Of a stretch of DNA of 64,000 bases, positions 10,885 to 23,519 are shown piece by piece (positions within the stretch are counted from its first letter, which is position 1; every line of letters begins with the position of its first letter). Below the pieces are notes generated by a model. That model worked only from the letters and a program-made list of their open reading frames with translations. It did no database searches and was not told the DNA's origin. The translations under genes and the position numbers were made by a program. The stretch spans positions 558,001 to 622,000 of the forward strand of contig CDLV01000007.1 in the NCBI GenBank assembly GCA_001244265.2, read 5' to 3'. This DNA is from Microbotryum violaceum (lineage: Eukaryota).

Positions 10885-13800
10885 TTACTTCCCCCTCAGT
10901 ATAGGAGCCTTGAAAGACATCAAGCTCTCAGCCCGATGCAGTCCAGCGAAGCCGGCCGTGGTCGCATCGCTAACCTCGGACCTAATCGAGTCGCCTCGCT
11001 GCAGCCTCGACGACGAGTGCGCGCCGACATTCGTGACCGGGTCACGCGAGAGGAAGGACGAACCTTGCGCCGTACCGGCCATGGCGTGCAAGGTCGCCGA
11101 ACGGTTTTCAAGAGCGGTAACCTTGTTCCTCACTGAAGGTAGCACGGCCGTGGCGGCGCCGGGTCGGCGAGACGGTACAGGGGCTCGAAGGTCACCCATC
11201 GAGCGAGGCGAACGAAGATTCGGCGATGAAGGGGAGTGACGCACTTTGCGGGGTACAAGGGGCGGAGCCAGCGTCGAATGGCGCGAGCGAGGGGAGTCAA
11301 CAGGAGCCACAACAGAGATCCTAGGCGACGGCAGAGTCGAGGTCGAGGATATGGGATAGTCCGCAATACGCGGTGAGGGTACGAGCGACACGCGTGCCTT
11401 GACCTGCCCCGGCGCCACTGAAGACGTTTCGTAGGCCTCGGCCAATGATTTGTTGGATGCGCGTCGAACAACGCCCGGAGAACGCTTCAACGACGACATG
11501 GACGCCTTCTTATTCAGCTCAGCCCGTGCCATGGATGCCTTGGTCGGACTAGCGAGCGTGGAGCCCGTCGCTGTCGGTCGCACAGGAAGGGGTCGGGGTC
11601 CTCGCTTCGCTTTCATTTCGGATTCGGCTGCAACTTGTAGAGCCGCTTTGGACGGCTGGCGACGTACCGGAGACCGAGGGGAGGCTAATGTCGGTGCAAT
11701 GACCGTCGGCGCGTCGAGTTTCGCTTTGATCGGGGAATCGAGCGTCGCAAAGGCGAGCACATCGGAGTTCTGAGACGTCCTTGCGGCGGTAGTCGTGGGC
11801 TTTGTTGGGGATCTCGATCTCATCGATGGCTCGGACAGACCTTCAGGCTGACGGAAGATGGACTCTGGCGTCGTGAGGTCGAGGACGGAGCGAGGTCTAG
11901 CCGGACGATGCGCGGCAGCTGGTTGCGCAGCCTCGGCGACTTCGTCCTGGACATCCTCCGCTCCGTGGTCCAGCTCGCCGTCGTCATCGCTGAAGTGGGA
12001 CTGTTGCTGCTGGTGCATGACGGCGTTGAGCTCCTTGAGCTCTTCCTCTGAGGAGAATGCGCCTGGCAGTCGGCCCAGCGGGCCGTACATGTCGTCCGGG
12101 ACTTCGTCGAGATCGTCAAGTTGGATGCCATCCTGGATATTGTGAGACGCCTGGAATGGATCGGACGGACCATCAAAAAGTTTTTTCTCGCCCCCACCTG
12201 CGTAGTAAGAATCCTCCTTCTCTTGCTCGCCTTGGTCGAGGTCGCCCGTGTCCTCCCATCGCTCGATCGCGGCGTAGGATTCGACTGAGCGCAGACCACT
12301 CTCTTGGCGCTGATGTCCTGTACGACGAGCAGTAGCGGATGCGATGGCCGACGAGATACATTCGAGCGACATCTGATGGGTGAGTTGGCGTTCGATAGCC
12401 TTGCCCACAACGACTTGGCCTCGGCGGACAGGGGGTCCGGGAGCCTTGGCAGACTCTTCGGTCTGAGGTGGGGCAGGAACGTCCGGTAAGGGTGACTGGG
12501 ATCGAGACAGGCTTTCGGTGTCGATCGAGTCGACCGAGGGGACACGAGAGAGCCGCGGTCGGGCGATGGTGCGAGTCGCGGTTGGCCCTTCGATCAGATC
12601 TGAGAGCTGCAAGGATTCCACGCTGGGCATCTTGTGCGCCGAGGGTCTGGCCCCGTTGGTAGATGCCCGAGGCGCCGCGGCAGAGGTCTCGCTCAGACCC
12701 CAGTCCTTGGCTAGTGACTGTCCTTCTGTTTGTGGCAGTGGAGATGCAGACCCAAGATGGCCTGGAGGCGGGTCGAGCGAGACGAAATTGACGATGCGGA
12801 TCGGAATCTCGGCAGACACGTCTCCGGACAGCGAACTCCCGGCGGCAACCTTGAGCACAAAGCTGACCTCGAGATGTCGCCCACGCGCAATGGAAAGCTC
12901 GTCATTCTGTTTCAGCAACATCTGGTGTAAGAACCTTCCAGCCAGATGATTGGATCTTTTCGTGACGCTTCGGCTTACCGGGATTATGAGCGAATGCGAG
13001 AAATCAGCCGTTTCACCTGCTTCGACGCCGAGCCAATTTCCTTTCGCAGTCACTCCCTTGGAACCCTTCTTGCCCATCTCCAGTGTCGTTTCGGCGACCT
13101 TTTTCCGCGTAGATTGCGATGTAAACGGTTCTGCGAAACCTTCACTGGAGGCAGAGGGTTTATCACCCGGTCGCAAGACAACCGTATTCCGTAAGAGACT
13201 CAGTGTCAGGGATTTGATCTGGGGTAGAACCAGATCTCGTCAGTTCTATCTCCCGTGTGAATTTGCCAGGGAATCTCATTCAGCTGCGGCTTCACCTTTC
13301 TGTTGGACTCGTTCTCGACTCTGATTTCGACATAGCATCGTTGTCCAGCGACCCATGTCTGCCGGTGAAGGCTCGCTTCCAGGTTGACCTTGCCACTCCC
13401 ACCCATGAAAAGACTCTTTGAGGCTCTAGCCGTGTGGGGCTTTGGTGAAGGTGCCAGGAGGATTGCTGGGTTGTAGTAAGGGAAGATGTCGACGTGTCGG
13501 TAAAAATGAGCGATCGAACGATCAGAGCCATGCTTGGACTTGAGCTTGACAGAGGCGATGACGATGTAGCGGACTACGCCTTGTTTGCATTTCCAGCCGC
13601 CTTTTGCGCCCTTCCCAACGGGCAGGCTCATAGCGAACGGAACCGCATGGTCGCCCAGCCGCCCCTTGTGGAAGCCCTCGTCGTCGCCCAAGGGGTCGCA
13701 GAAGGGCAACGATCGGTCCTTCGCGTTCGTTGTAGACTCGATGTGGGCAGCATGGTGGTAAAAGACATGCCGTGCTTCTCCAGAGGCCACCTCTGTTCGA

Positions 13801-15715
13801 CAGCAGACGGGCGAGTATGAGCGGGTCTAGTGCAAGGTACAGTCTGGCCACTACAGCAGTTTGACTCACCTTCGAAGCCAACAACGCGGACCTTGGGCTT
13901 GCTGATGTAGACCTCGTTTCGACGCACACGCACATCGACTCGTCCTTTCATTAGTCCGCCTTCGACGAGGAGCGACGAATTGATGAGCAAGTCGAGCTCT
14001 ACTCGGGGCGTCTTGGTCGAGCTCTTGAGGCCTTGCTCGAGTTCCGCTGGAGCATCAACAACCAATGCAGAACTCGATGTGTTGGACCGGGCACGAGGCC
14101 GAGCCGCAGACGCAGCACTCGACGTGGTAAGGGCGCTGGAGAGGGCCGGCGAGTCGGCAATGGTGGCAAGATTTGCGATAGACGCTGCTCGTTTAGAGCC
14201 TGGCGCGAGCAAGCGATCCAGCTCCATACTCCGGCGGAACGGATTCGCTCCGGCCGTCATCAAGGTCCCCTGTCGTTGGAGACCCGCGGCAGTCAACTCC
14301 AAGCTGTCTTTCATCACTGTCGCCGTAGCGAGATTTTCTCGTTCCGCCGAGAAAACCGTTCCCACACCCGCTCGTGATGCATCGGTCGCATCAAAATTTT
14401 CGAGAGATCGCCGACGGGCACCCATGTCCGACTTGCGCAAGTCTGAAATCTTTTGTTGCTTCAGCTTCTCGACCACGGCTTCGAGTTCAACGCTCGGCAC
14501 GCGGTCCGTCGCCGACATCGACTTGGATCGCAGTCGAATCGCTTGCGCTCTAAAACTCGTGGGTCGACGCGGAGCGGGTGGACCTCTGTCGTCATCATCG
14601 ACGACGGCATTTGACACGCGATGTGATCGCTTTCGCTCGGTTTGTGCAACGATGTAGTCGTGTTGCTCCTTCAGACGGCGCTCGAGGTGTCGACGCTGCA
14701 GGCCACCGGCGCTGCTCGGCACACTTTCGGGTGAAGCATCCCCTTCAAAAGCATGCCGCTCTTGCTCTTCGTCATCGGTGGCTTCGTTGGGGTTAAGGTT
14801 GGAGGGCTCTTGCTGCGCGTATCTCTCGCCGAGTTCGACCATTGATTGTGCGCGAGTCATCGCCTGTCGTCGGATACGCTCCTGCAAAAACTGCGGCAAG
14901 CGAGACGGGGATCGGGACCCAGGATAACTCTCGGCCTCGTGGCCATGCTCCATTTCCGTATCATGCCTGGGATGAGCCCGCAGGTAGGGCATATGCTGTT
15001 TGATCGGCACAGGATTCGGCGCCGCTCGAAGCTCAACGACATGGGGTGGCGGCCACGGTGCTGAGAATGCTAGCGCCGACATGCTCTGGGCATGCCGGAA
15101 TTGTGGGTGCACCGAGTACCCCTGATCGTTTCTTGCTGTATGCTCCAAGCCCGAGGATGAGGGAAGCGACGACAGCGACGAAGGAGAGAGCAATTGTGAG
15201 TCGGAATCCGACGAAGCTTCGAATTCGGACATGGGCGACAAATATTGGGCCGAGACCGGGGGGGCGTGAAGCCCATGCATGCTGGGAAGGTGATTTTGTT
15301 GATGCAATTGTTTCTGTTTCTGATGATATTGCTGGTGGTGGATAGGGATGGCGTTGGGCCTCGGATGCTGATGTCGGTGATAGGAGGGAGCTGAACCGGC
15401 ACTTGAGTCGGCAGAGTCCTCGCGTATCATGACCTGCGCAGCCTGGGGACCGGTTTGGAGGTAATACTGATTCATACCTCCATCATAAGATACCGATCCT
15501 CTCACGATGCGCTTGAGTTGCGGCTGGGTGAACCGGGGGTCCTGCAATGACGCATGCGATCGAGCATCGGGATATTGTTGAGCGACGAAGACGGCGGGTG
15601 GATTGTTGGCAAGGTGGTCTAGAAGGGCCGAAGGAACAGGTGATGGACAAAAGGTGATACCAAGCCCCGATATGGCTGATGAACCCGATGAAGAGGCGGG
15701 CCCCACCATCTCCAT
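10885..15715 (-). CDS. Arrestin-domain (alpha-arrestin-like) protein with long disordered termini
   Basis: Spliced beta-sandwich core VELDLLINSSLLVEGGLMKGRVDV...PFAMSLPVG...VRYIVIASVK...KSLFMGGSGKVNLEASLHRQTWVAGQRCYVEIRVENESNRK|IKSLTLSL...LEVSFVLKV...IPIRIVNFVSLDPPP, with three short introns. Confidence 0.8.
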
Positions 15716-17173
15716 GCTGTCGTCAACCGGAAAGGACCGTTGCCGTCAGTTAAGTCATCTGCATCCTGCCTGGGCTAGGGGGAGCAGTGGCGGAACCGGA
15801 GCCCGATCACCCAGTTACTCCCACGGATACTTACGCTTCGAGATGCGGCGGTCGATCAAGCCGAGTAGGGGCGGAGTTGTGCTTGATGGCCCCGGATAGA
15901 AGTTGTGAGGTCGGGTCAGAAACGATCTTACGAAGGACGCAAAGGTGCGAGCTGCGAGTGCCGGGATGAAGCGAGACGAGGACCTTTGGCGAACGAGGAG
16001 TGTAGAAGAGTGTAGATCGGTCCTCAAACAAGGCTAGCGCGGAAGCGCAGCTGCGACTGGCAGCAGCTCAACTCACTGACATCACTGGCACTGTCTGCCC
16101 TGGTTTAATTGTAGTACCCGCCCATGCCTATCGCTTTGAAACCGGGAGCTGTGGGTTTAAAAAGCTCAATTGGTCAACAACATTGGTTTGGACAGCCGAA
16201 CCGGAGGGTTTAGAATAACTGGCAATTCAAACGATGACGTCGCTGAGTGGCCTTCAAGAACCTTATTTCGGCAGTGTAGTCGGTATGTCTCATCTCTTCA
16301 ACTGCTCAAGGGTCACTGAGGCGGACTCGAAGCCTTGTGACGGGATGGGTGCGCACTTTGCTGGGCCAAGTGCGGATCTCAGACGGCCGTGGGCGGACAA
16401 GTGTCGGTCACTTGTGCGCGCGCACATGAGACTGCGATCCGCACATGAAAGTCATAAGTCTTGCAACCTATGAGGTATCATGTTCTGGTTGCAGGATCAA
16501 CCTGAAGATACGAATAGATATATTTCGCAGTCACCTCCTCCGCAGCTCTCCGCAGCTCTCCACAGCTTTCCGTTTCGGACAGCGACCCTCTCCTTGCGTC
16601 GCGGGATACACACCTCCTCCTGCCCGTACACTTCAATCACAAGTATAGAACACGAGACTTCGCAACATGTTGTAGTCTCGCTTGCTTCGTCGAAGCGCCT
16701 ACGACCGTGTTGGTAGGATTGGCGACCTCCTTCGCTTTCGAACGCCGAGTGGCTCGCTACTCATCACGCACGGCCAGCTGCAGCAGCAAGACCGCCCGCC
16801 TCACCGGCTACCACCTACGTGCGTCCTTGTGCGTCGGGACCTAGAGCTGGCTTGAGCTCGGCGTGACAGCCGGTCCCAACAGATTCCTAAGTATTCTATT
16901 CCAGCTTCCAAGTCCGTCCAAGACCTCCCGCATCTCGCTCTTCTTAGCGAAGCACTCGAGCTCACGCGACCGAGTGACACCCAAACGAGCCGATTAGCTT
17001 GCGTACGGACGGACCGTCGCCGGCGATCGCCTGCCCGCCAGCTTGACGGCGCACTCAGCGCAGCCACAAGCTACGGCAGCCCGCTCACTGATACATTGTC
17101 GCTACGTGCGGTACTTTTCACAGCCGTTACGGACCTCAAGCAAGACTGTTGATCAGCTCCGATCCATATCGCC

Positions 17174-19413
17174 ATGCCACAGATGCGAACTATCGTCCCG
17201 TCGGGGCTCAACGAGTTGCTCGCGTACAAGTTCCCGCCAAACGCCTACCACTTCGTGCCGCGCGAGCGCCTCTCCTCCGAGTCGCGCCTGACGACTCCAA
17301 AGCCTAGTTCGTCTAGCCTTTCGCGCTTGACCACGTTCCGAAGATCGCTGGGCGAGGAGCTGCCTTGTTACCCCCTCACTTCTGCATCGCACGATCCTTC
17401 TCTCGTCGATCGGGTTGGCCAGGGCGTGAAGCGAGGGCTCCAGAGGTCCCGGACGGGCCTAGACACGCCTCTTCCGTCTTTCGTCTACTCTTGGTTCGAT
17501 GACTTTCTGTATTGGCGGCCTCTGACCCTGTACGAAACGGACAACGACTTCGCAAAGACTCATCTACGGAGTCTTATAAAAGGCGTCGTCCGGGAGACTG
17601 TCTCTCAACTAGCGGATCGCCCGGTCGCAATCTCGCAGATTTTTTAATTCACAAATACCTCGGTCAAGACGGACTGCCCACCCTAAAAGCCTGGGTGCGC
17701 GGGGACAGTTTCAATAACAAGATTGCTTGCGAGATCAACTCGGTCGGCAAACTCGAAAGCCAGGGCGAACTTTCATCTAGAGCACAGACGCCGAAGCTGT
17801 GGCTCGGATTTGGGTCAGGTTGTCCGACTGACTTGCGCATTTTCGACAGCAATGGTCGCTCGATAATGCTTTCGGAGAGCGAGGGCATGAGGCTAGCCAA
17901 GGTGAGGCTACTACGATCTATAGAACATCGGGCGGGATGGCAACACCTAACTCTTCTGAATGCTGGTGTTGACGGTTCTCTCAGATGTCTCTCCAACTGT
18001 ATCAAAGCAACGCTCGATTCGGCGTCTTTTACGCCCCTCCGTACTTCGTCCTTTGCGAACTCGGTGAGTATGCCTTCCTACTATTGGACTGGTGGCGTAT
18101 CCATATCTTGGGGGTGACATATTGCTAATTGCGGATGTTTGCGCGCGCAAAACTCATTGCTAGTCATTGAGAATGGCCGCACTCACTTGTTGACCAGTGA
18201 AGTATGCTCTTCGGCCCTCTTGCCTGACGAGGACCTTCCCACCGGCGCGGCGCCAAGATCCGAAAGCCTCTTCTCCACTCTCGTCTCGCTGTTTATGAGT
18301 GCGCATGCGGATTACCCGATCGAGGGTCCACCCGAGGAGATCAGAAGCGTTCTCAGGCGAACGACAGAGAAGCTAGAAAGCACCCCGTCTGCACCTGTGC
18401 GATCTCCCCCGATCAGACTGGCTCTCGACGACGTTGCAGGCCCGTTCCTTGTTGATCGAAATGCTCCGGTGTCGCTGCGTCACGTCCCGGGTACTGCAGT
18501 AAGCCTTCACGTGCCTTGCTCTCTCTCTCTTGATTTAACGTATCATTTTGGGCATCAGCTTACTGCCTCTCTCGCACCTTGGCATCGAGCAGATCATCTG
18601 TGGGTCGGAAGCGAGCAAGGACACGGGTATGTTTGCTACTAGGGTCGAGCTTGAGTGCCATGGCGATGTGAGTCATGCCTGCCCTTTCGGCCATGTGTTA
18701 CACGTACTTCACTGATCAGTCCTCTTTCCACTTACTGCAGTTCTTCTCCGCCGACTTCGATGAGAACAAAGCAGCAGAGATCTTGCCCTGGGTCAGGACA
18801 CCGGTCGGGGATCGCGCTCGTCTGGATCGACTAGATCTCGTCACTGAGCTTGGCAGGGGTCGAACTGCCACGGGATGGACGGCTCGATGGTCTTGCCGCT
18901 CAACGGCCGAAGTTCCGGACGCATCGGCCTCGAATGATGCTCCCGCTCGAATTCAGGGTGGTCTCGTCGCCAAGGTCGTCTCGGCAGAATATGCGCCCTC
19001 GATCGCGCAAGAGTACTTCATCTATACGCAAGCTGTTCCGTCGCTCTCGGCCGCTGCGCAAGCCTACTTTCCCATGTTCCATGGCCTCTATCGCAGCGGT
19101 TCAGATGGCCGCGCCTACGTCCTATTGTTGGAAGACGTGGGGCGCACGGTCACCCGGGAGCAGTGGGAGGCGGACACCGAATTGAGGCGTAAGATTGAGT
19201 GAGTGTACTCCGAGGCGCAGTTCGTCTGGTTCGTCAACACTGCGCAGTGGCTGACTGAAAGCGGTTCTGCGTGTTCCTCGTTTTACCAGTGAGGCGTTCA
19301 AAGCCCTCGAAAATGAAGGCGTCTACCACGATGAACAGAGGTATCCAAATCCAACTATCCGTCCAGACGGTCGCATTTGCCTCATCGACTGGGGGATGGC
19401 GAGCTTTTATTAG
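17174..19413 (+). pseudogene. Kinase-family paralogue 1 (N-terminal unknown domain + minimal kinase); one frameshift and catalytic Asp->Glu
   Basis: Co-linear with the 61374-63598 gene, with introns at matching positions. Gly-loop LGRGRTAT, LVAKVV, LLLEDVG, YHDEQRYPN, LIDWG. One base is missing in the T6 run at 17640-17645 relative to the paralogue, so it is either a true pseudogene or an assembly indel. Confidence 0.65.
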
Positions 19414-20359
19414 CGATCGTGACTCCGAACACCATTCAATGAACCCGCCTACCCTTCAATCGGAGTCGACCTTGTGAGCGAGCTTGAAACGATCCGGGGT
19501 GTCACGGAGCGGTAACGGGATTCCGTCGGAATGGTCATTTCAAATTGTCAAGGCCAACAGCAGTGATAACGGCAGCAGGTTCCGGACCTCGACGACGAGT
19601 CCGCGGCAGCGGCGGCAGACCGCGACTTAGGCGCCTCAACGACAAGACACCTCGGGCGATTGAACAGGTCAACGACAGCCGCTTCGGCAGATCTCTCTCA
19701 TCGATAAAGCGCTGTCGGGTAAATCCAGTACTTTGATGTCCCAAGGATTACTTCTCAACGATAATGCATGCGGCAGAAATGCACACGGAGAACCGGATCC
19801 GGCGGGAGAAAGGCGGCTAAGGCCGGCTCACGGGAGGAAGAGGAGGCGATCATGAACATGCCTTCACTTTTGCGCCGCGAGGACTCGGAATACGACGAGC
19901 AATGGTGGGTAAAGTAGGGCGGATTCGGACGGAGGACCGGGCCAGACGAGGGAGAGGCGGGAAGAGCGGCTGACTGAGGGAGTGAGGCGGTGAAGGGAAA
20001 GGAAGAGAAGGGAAGGGAGCGGAGCGGTTCGAATGACTAGGACGTCTCGAGGGAGTTGGCTTCTTGTTCTCAGGTAGAACACTTCTAGGATCCAATCCAG
20101 CATCTTACCTGGATCTCACTTTCTGCGTGGCGCAAGTCTCGTTCGGCATCGTTCTCCAGTTCCAGTCTTAGCGTTTCGTTCTCGTTCTCGGTCTCGTTCC
20201 CGGTTCTGACCCTCTCCCGCGCTCTCTCTTCTCGCCCCCTGCCTCTCGACCGTTACGGTCACACTCTCCGTCTCTCTCCTTCTGGGATTCTAACGGGTCT
20301 CGTCTCAGCCCTTGTCCTCATCTTTGATCGTCCGTTTTGCTATACCATAACAGGAGTCG

Positions 20360-21840
20360 ACGAACGAAGCATGCTCGCCCCCCGTCAAGAACACAAATTC
20401 GCGCTTCGGGACGGACCGCCCCGTTCTAGGGCCTCTTCATCTTCTTGGTGAATGCCGTTCTCGGCAATCGTCTCGAACGCGCCACTTGAAGACATAGTGC
20501 CGCAGGTGTGGCACTTGGTCAGCTGCGCAAATTGAGAGTCAGCAAGAGTGCAAACCTCATGGACTCCCACTTCACTCACCTGATCTTGTCATTGAGTTCC
20601 ATCTCCAAATTACAGCCCGCTTCCGAGACGACTTTGCCCACTTCCTCCCATACGAAGACGTAGAAACAGCCGTCCAAGCCGCTAGGATAAAGACTGTGGA
20701 ATTCGGGGAAGTGGGCTCGCGCAGCAGGCGTGAGGGACGGCAGAACCTTGAAGTAGGTAAAGTGCTCTTGTGCGATCGACCGTGCAGCGTGGAACCCTTT
20801 GGCGACGAGACCGTCTTCTTTGACCCACGGCAAGACTTCTTCTTCTTTCTCAACCAATTCGTCGCTAGTAAGCTACAGTTGGAACAAATGATAACTACTC
20901 CGCGCACGGTTTCGGGCAACACAATTGACGGCAGGGGACCCTGACCTTCCTGTCGGACTCAAGCTCAACTTCAATGGGAAGCATGGTCGTTTCCGTGTCC
21001 GTTTCCAAATCACAGGTGGTCTGCGTATGTCACCGCCAAACGAAAACGTTAGTGTATCACCATATGAAAGCCGGAGCTCGGGTTCTGGGAAGCTCATGAC
21101 TGTAACTGGGAGGTGACGCAGACACACCGAGGCTTTATCGAGCAGGAAAGGGTCGACGCTATCGAGGTTCTCGAGGGGATCAAAGGGCACGGATGCAGAT
21201 CAGGTGGCTTCGAACTCCCCGGAAGTCGTTCTGAGAGAAATCTCATCTCCTCGGATGCTCTGTCAATGTGATGTCCCAATGGAAGCTCAAGACCAGCGAG
21301 ATGAGGCTGGCGAAGAAGGTTTTTGTCCTCGGCGCCAAGGCGCTAGAGTCCCCGGGAGCCGAGGAACACGAATTACTCAAAAAATCGGAGGAGAATGTCG
21401 ACACTCGCTACTGCGGAAGCAGATATCACATCTTCACGACGTCAAGTACGGTAAATCCATCTCGACTCAATTGGCGACGCAGCAGGAACGATGCGAGGAT
21501 GCCAAGAGCTCGAATGAGGTTGCCCATTCAAGTAAAAAGGAGGAGTTTTCACTCTCTGAGAAGTTGGCCGAGGCAGCTTTGGCGAAGGCGAGAGGGAAAC
21601 GGAGGGCCACGAGGCCTGATAGACGGCTGCAAATAGTTCAAAGGTCCACGATTGTTGACACCTTGAATCGATCCGAGAGGATACAGGGGTGTAGGTGCCA
21701 GTTGCCAAAGACGGAGGGTTTCCACGGCGCCGCCGGCGACGAGCGAGCTGCAACGAGCAAATAAGGGCTGCTGCTACGGGTCGAGTATCGGTCAAAACGG
21801 GACATGATGCCAGAACTCCGATGAGGTTGAGGAGCCATGT
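20360..21840 (-). pseudogene. Kinase-family paralogue 3, decayed
   Basis: Fragments APRTKTFFASLISLVL, DSVDPFLLDKASVCLRHLP, VLPWVKEDGLVAKGFHAARSIAQEHFTYFKVLPSLTPAARAHFPEFHSLY and frameshifted GIHQED.../NGAVRPEARICVLDGG align to paralogues 1 and 2. The Gly-loop segment is deleted and there are multiple stops and frameshifts. Boundaries approximate. Confidence 0.75.
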
Positions 21841-22249
21841 CAGAACTGGATTGGGGGAAGCTCGGCGCAGACGGACCTTCGATCGCAGTGGAACAGAATC
21901 AGAGCCTCAAACGACGAAGAAGTCTAGGCAGCTGGTAACTGGGCATGTCAGCATAGCACTTGATCGTTGGATCTTCAGAAGCACCATATCATTATCATCG
22001 ACCGAAGGGACTCGAGACATTAAAGGGATGGCCGCGCGAAGTGGAGGACTGCTGAGCCTTTGCCTCACGTGATCATGTGATCGGCGATAACATGGCAAAT
22101 GGCGGCGGAGTCGCGCCGACAAGAGAAGGGTCACAATGCCGACCGGCCGACGGACTCACTCTTCTCAGCTGTAGGTCGGTGCGTCGTCTCCGATCATAAT
22201 CCTTGCTGCACTGTACCTGGACAAAAGTAAATATTCAACTTCAATTGTC

Positions 22250-22800
22250 TATCGTTGCACCAAAGCGATCGCCAGCATCGCGGTGATCACGTTCGTTGAT
22301 GACTGGCAACGTGGGAGGCGTTCCCGAGGTCGGCAATGCCACGGCCTCCGACGACCGCAACTCCACCTTTCGTCATTTGCCCACTCACCTTCAGGGTGTG
22401 TACTACCCATACGCAAGCAGTGAATACAGTATTGTGTATCGCCCACTCCTACCGGTCTCCACCCTGGCTGCCAGCTATTCCTACACGTGCTCAACCCGAC
22501 CGTGAAAGGATTGGCAGGTCAAGAACAACGGCGTCGACGAATTTTGCGGTAACATCAAAGGCTTCAAGTCGCGCCTCATTGCTGAACCAGGATAAAACTG
22601 GCAGTAGGGCGTCAGCATCGACCAGGCCGTTGAATATCTCCAACGAGTGGCGGGGTAGAACCTGGGCGAGTACTGGAAGAAGAGCATCTTTGGACCGCAA
22701 GCACCTCGACTTCACCCACGAGTCGACGTTCAATTCGGGCGGAGCGGACTACATCGGCACGATCGAGTGGTACCCTTCTCATGAACGAAGGCGTTGGGGC
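22250..22800 (+). pseudogene. Beta-lactamase-family (class C/LovD-like) serine hydrolase pseudogene
   Basis: Remnants CTKAIASIAV (SxxK region), TFRHLPTH (LLTHT motif), LIAEPG*NWQ*GVSIDQAVEYLQRVAG*NLGEYWKKSIFGP and SGGA. Stops at 22593, 22605 and 22656, plus frame changes. Confidence 0.7.
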
Positions 22801-23519
22801 GAGCGCGGCCCGCCTCCTCAACGCTCTGACGATCAAAGATATGATGCGCAGTCGACTCGACTCGGCTCGTGAGCGCTGAGAGGTCGCCCCCTTGAACGGG
22901 TGATCTCCGGTAGGACAGAGGCCAGTATTTCATCATGCCCCATACGACGAAGTAAATTGTCTACTGTAATGCTGACCACCAATGCGCAACCCGTAATTTG
23001 ACTGGATATGTCATACCCGAGCAAGATGATAGCAGGCCACCGCAAAGGCTGCGGTAACTGAAGTCGAATCCTTCTCGTCATCCCTGCCCCATGTCGAGCA
23101 AGCTCGCTGACAGTCCCGTCCGGACGTTTTAGGCCTCACATTTCAGCTCTTCAACCACTTCGTGCACACGGGTGGCAAAGCCAATTCGGTCTGATGGGTT
23201 GGTCTACCCGGCAACTACTGGCAAGTCGATAACGAGTCCGGCGAGGCGACGATGATTCGACGCCGAGCTTCCCCTTCAATGACGTCAAGGCGAGCATGCC
23301 TTGGCTCAGTGCGAAGCCGATGTGTACAAGTCCTTGGGTTGATCTTGCATAAGCTTATCCATATCTTAGGACTCAGTTATGTATCTTGAAAATGGGTCTG
23401 TAAGGTAGCTGTGAAGCGAGATGCTCAGTCGCTCACGCGGATCCACCGCTCGCAAAGACTGCGGCGCCTCGTACCCGTTCCGATCCCATGGTGGTTCGTA
23501 AGATCTGCATAAATCACAT

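Noticed and set aside
17636-17650. TTTTTTA as a programmed -1 ribosomal frameshift site in kinase copy 1
   Set aside because: The heptamer is not in the X XXY YYZ register of the upstream frame (ATT TTT TAA), and copy 2 is continuous at this point. An indel is the simpler explanation.
19500-20350. Arg/Glu-rich minus-strand segment with a GTAAG donor, possibly a gene remnant
   Set aside because: No sustained reading frame or recognisable domain, so no call can be supported.
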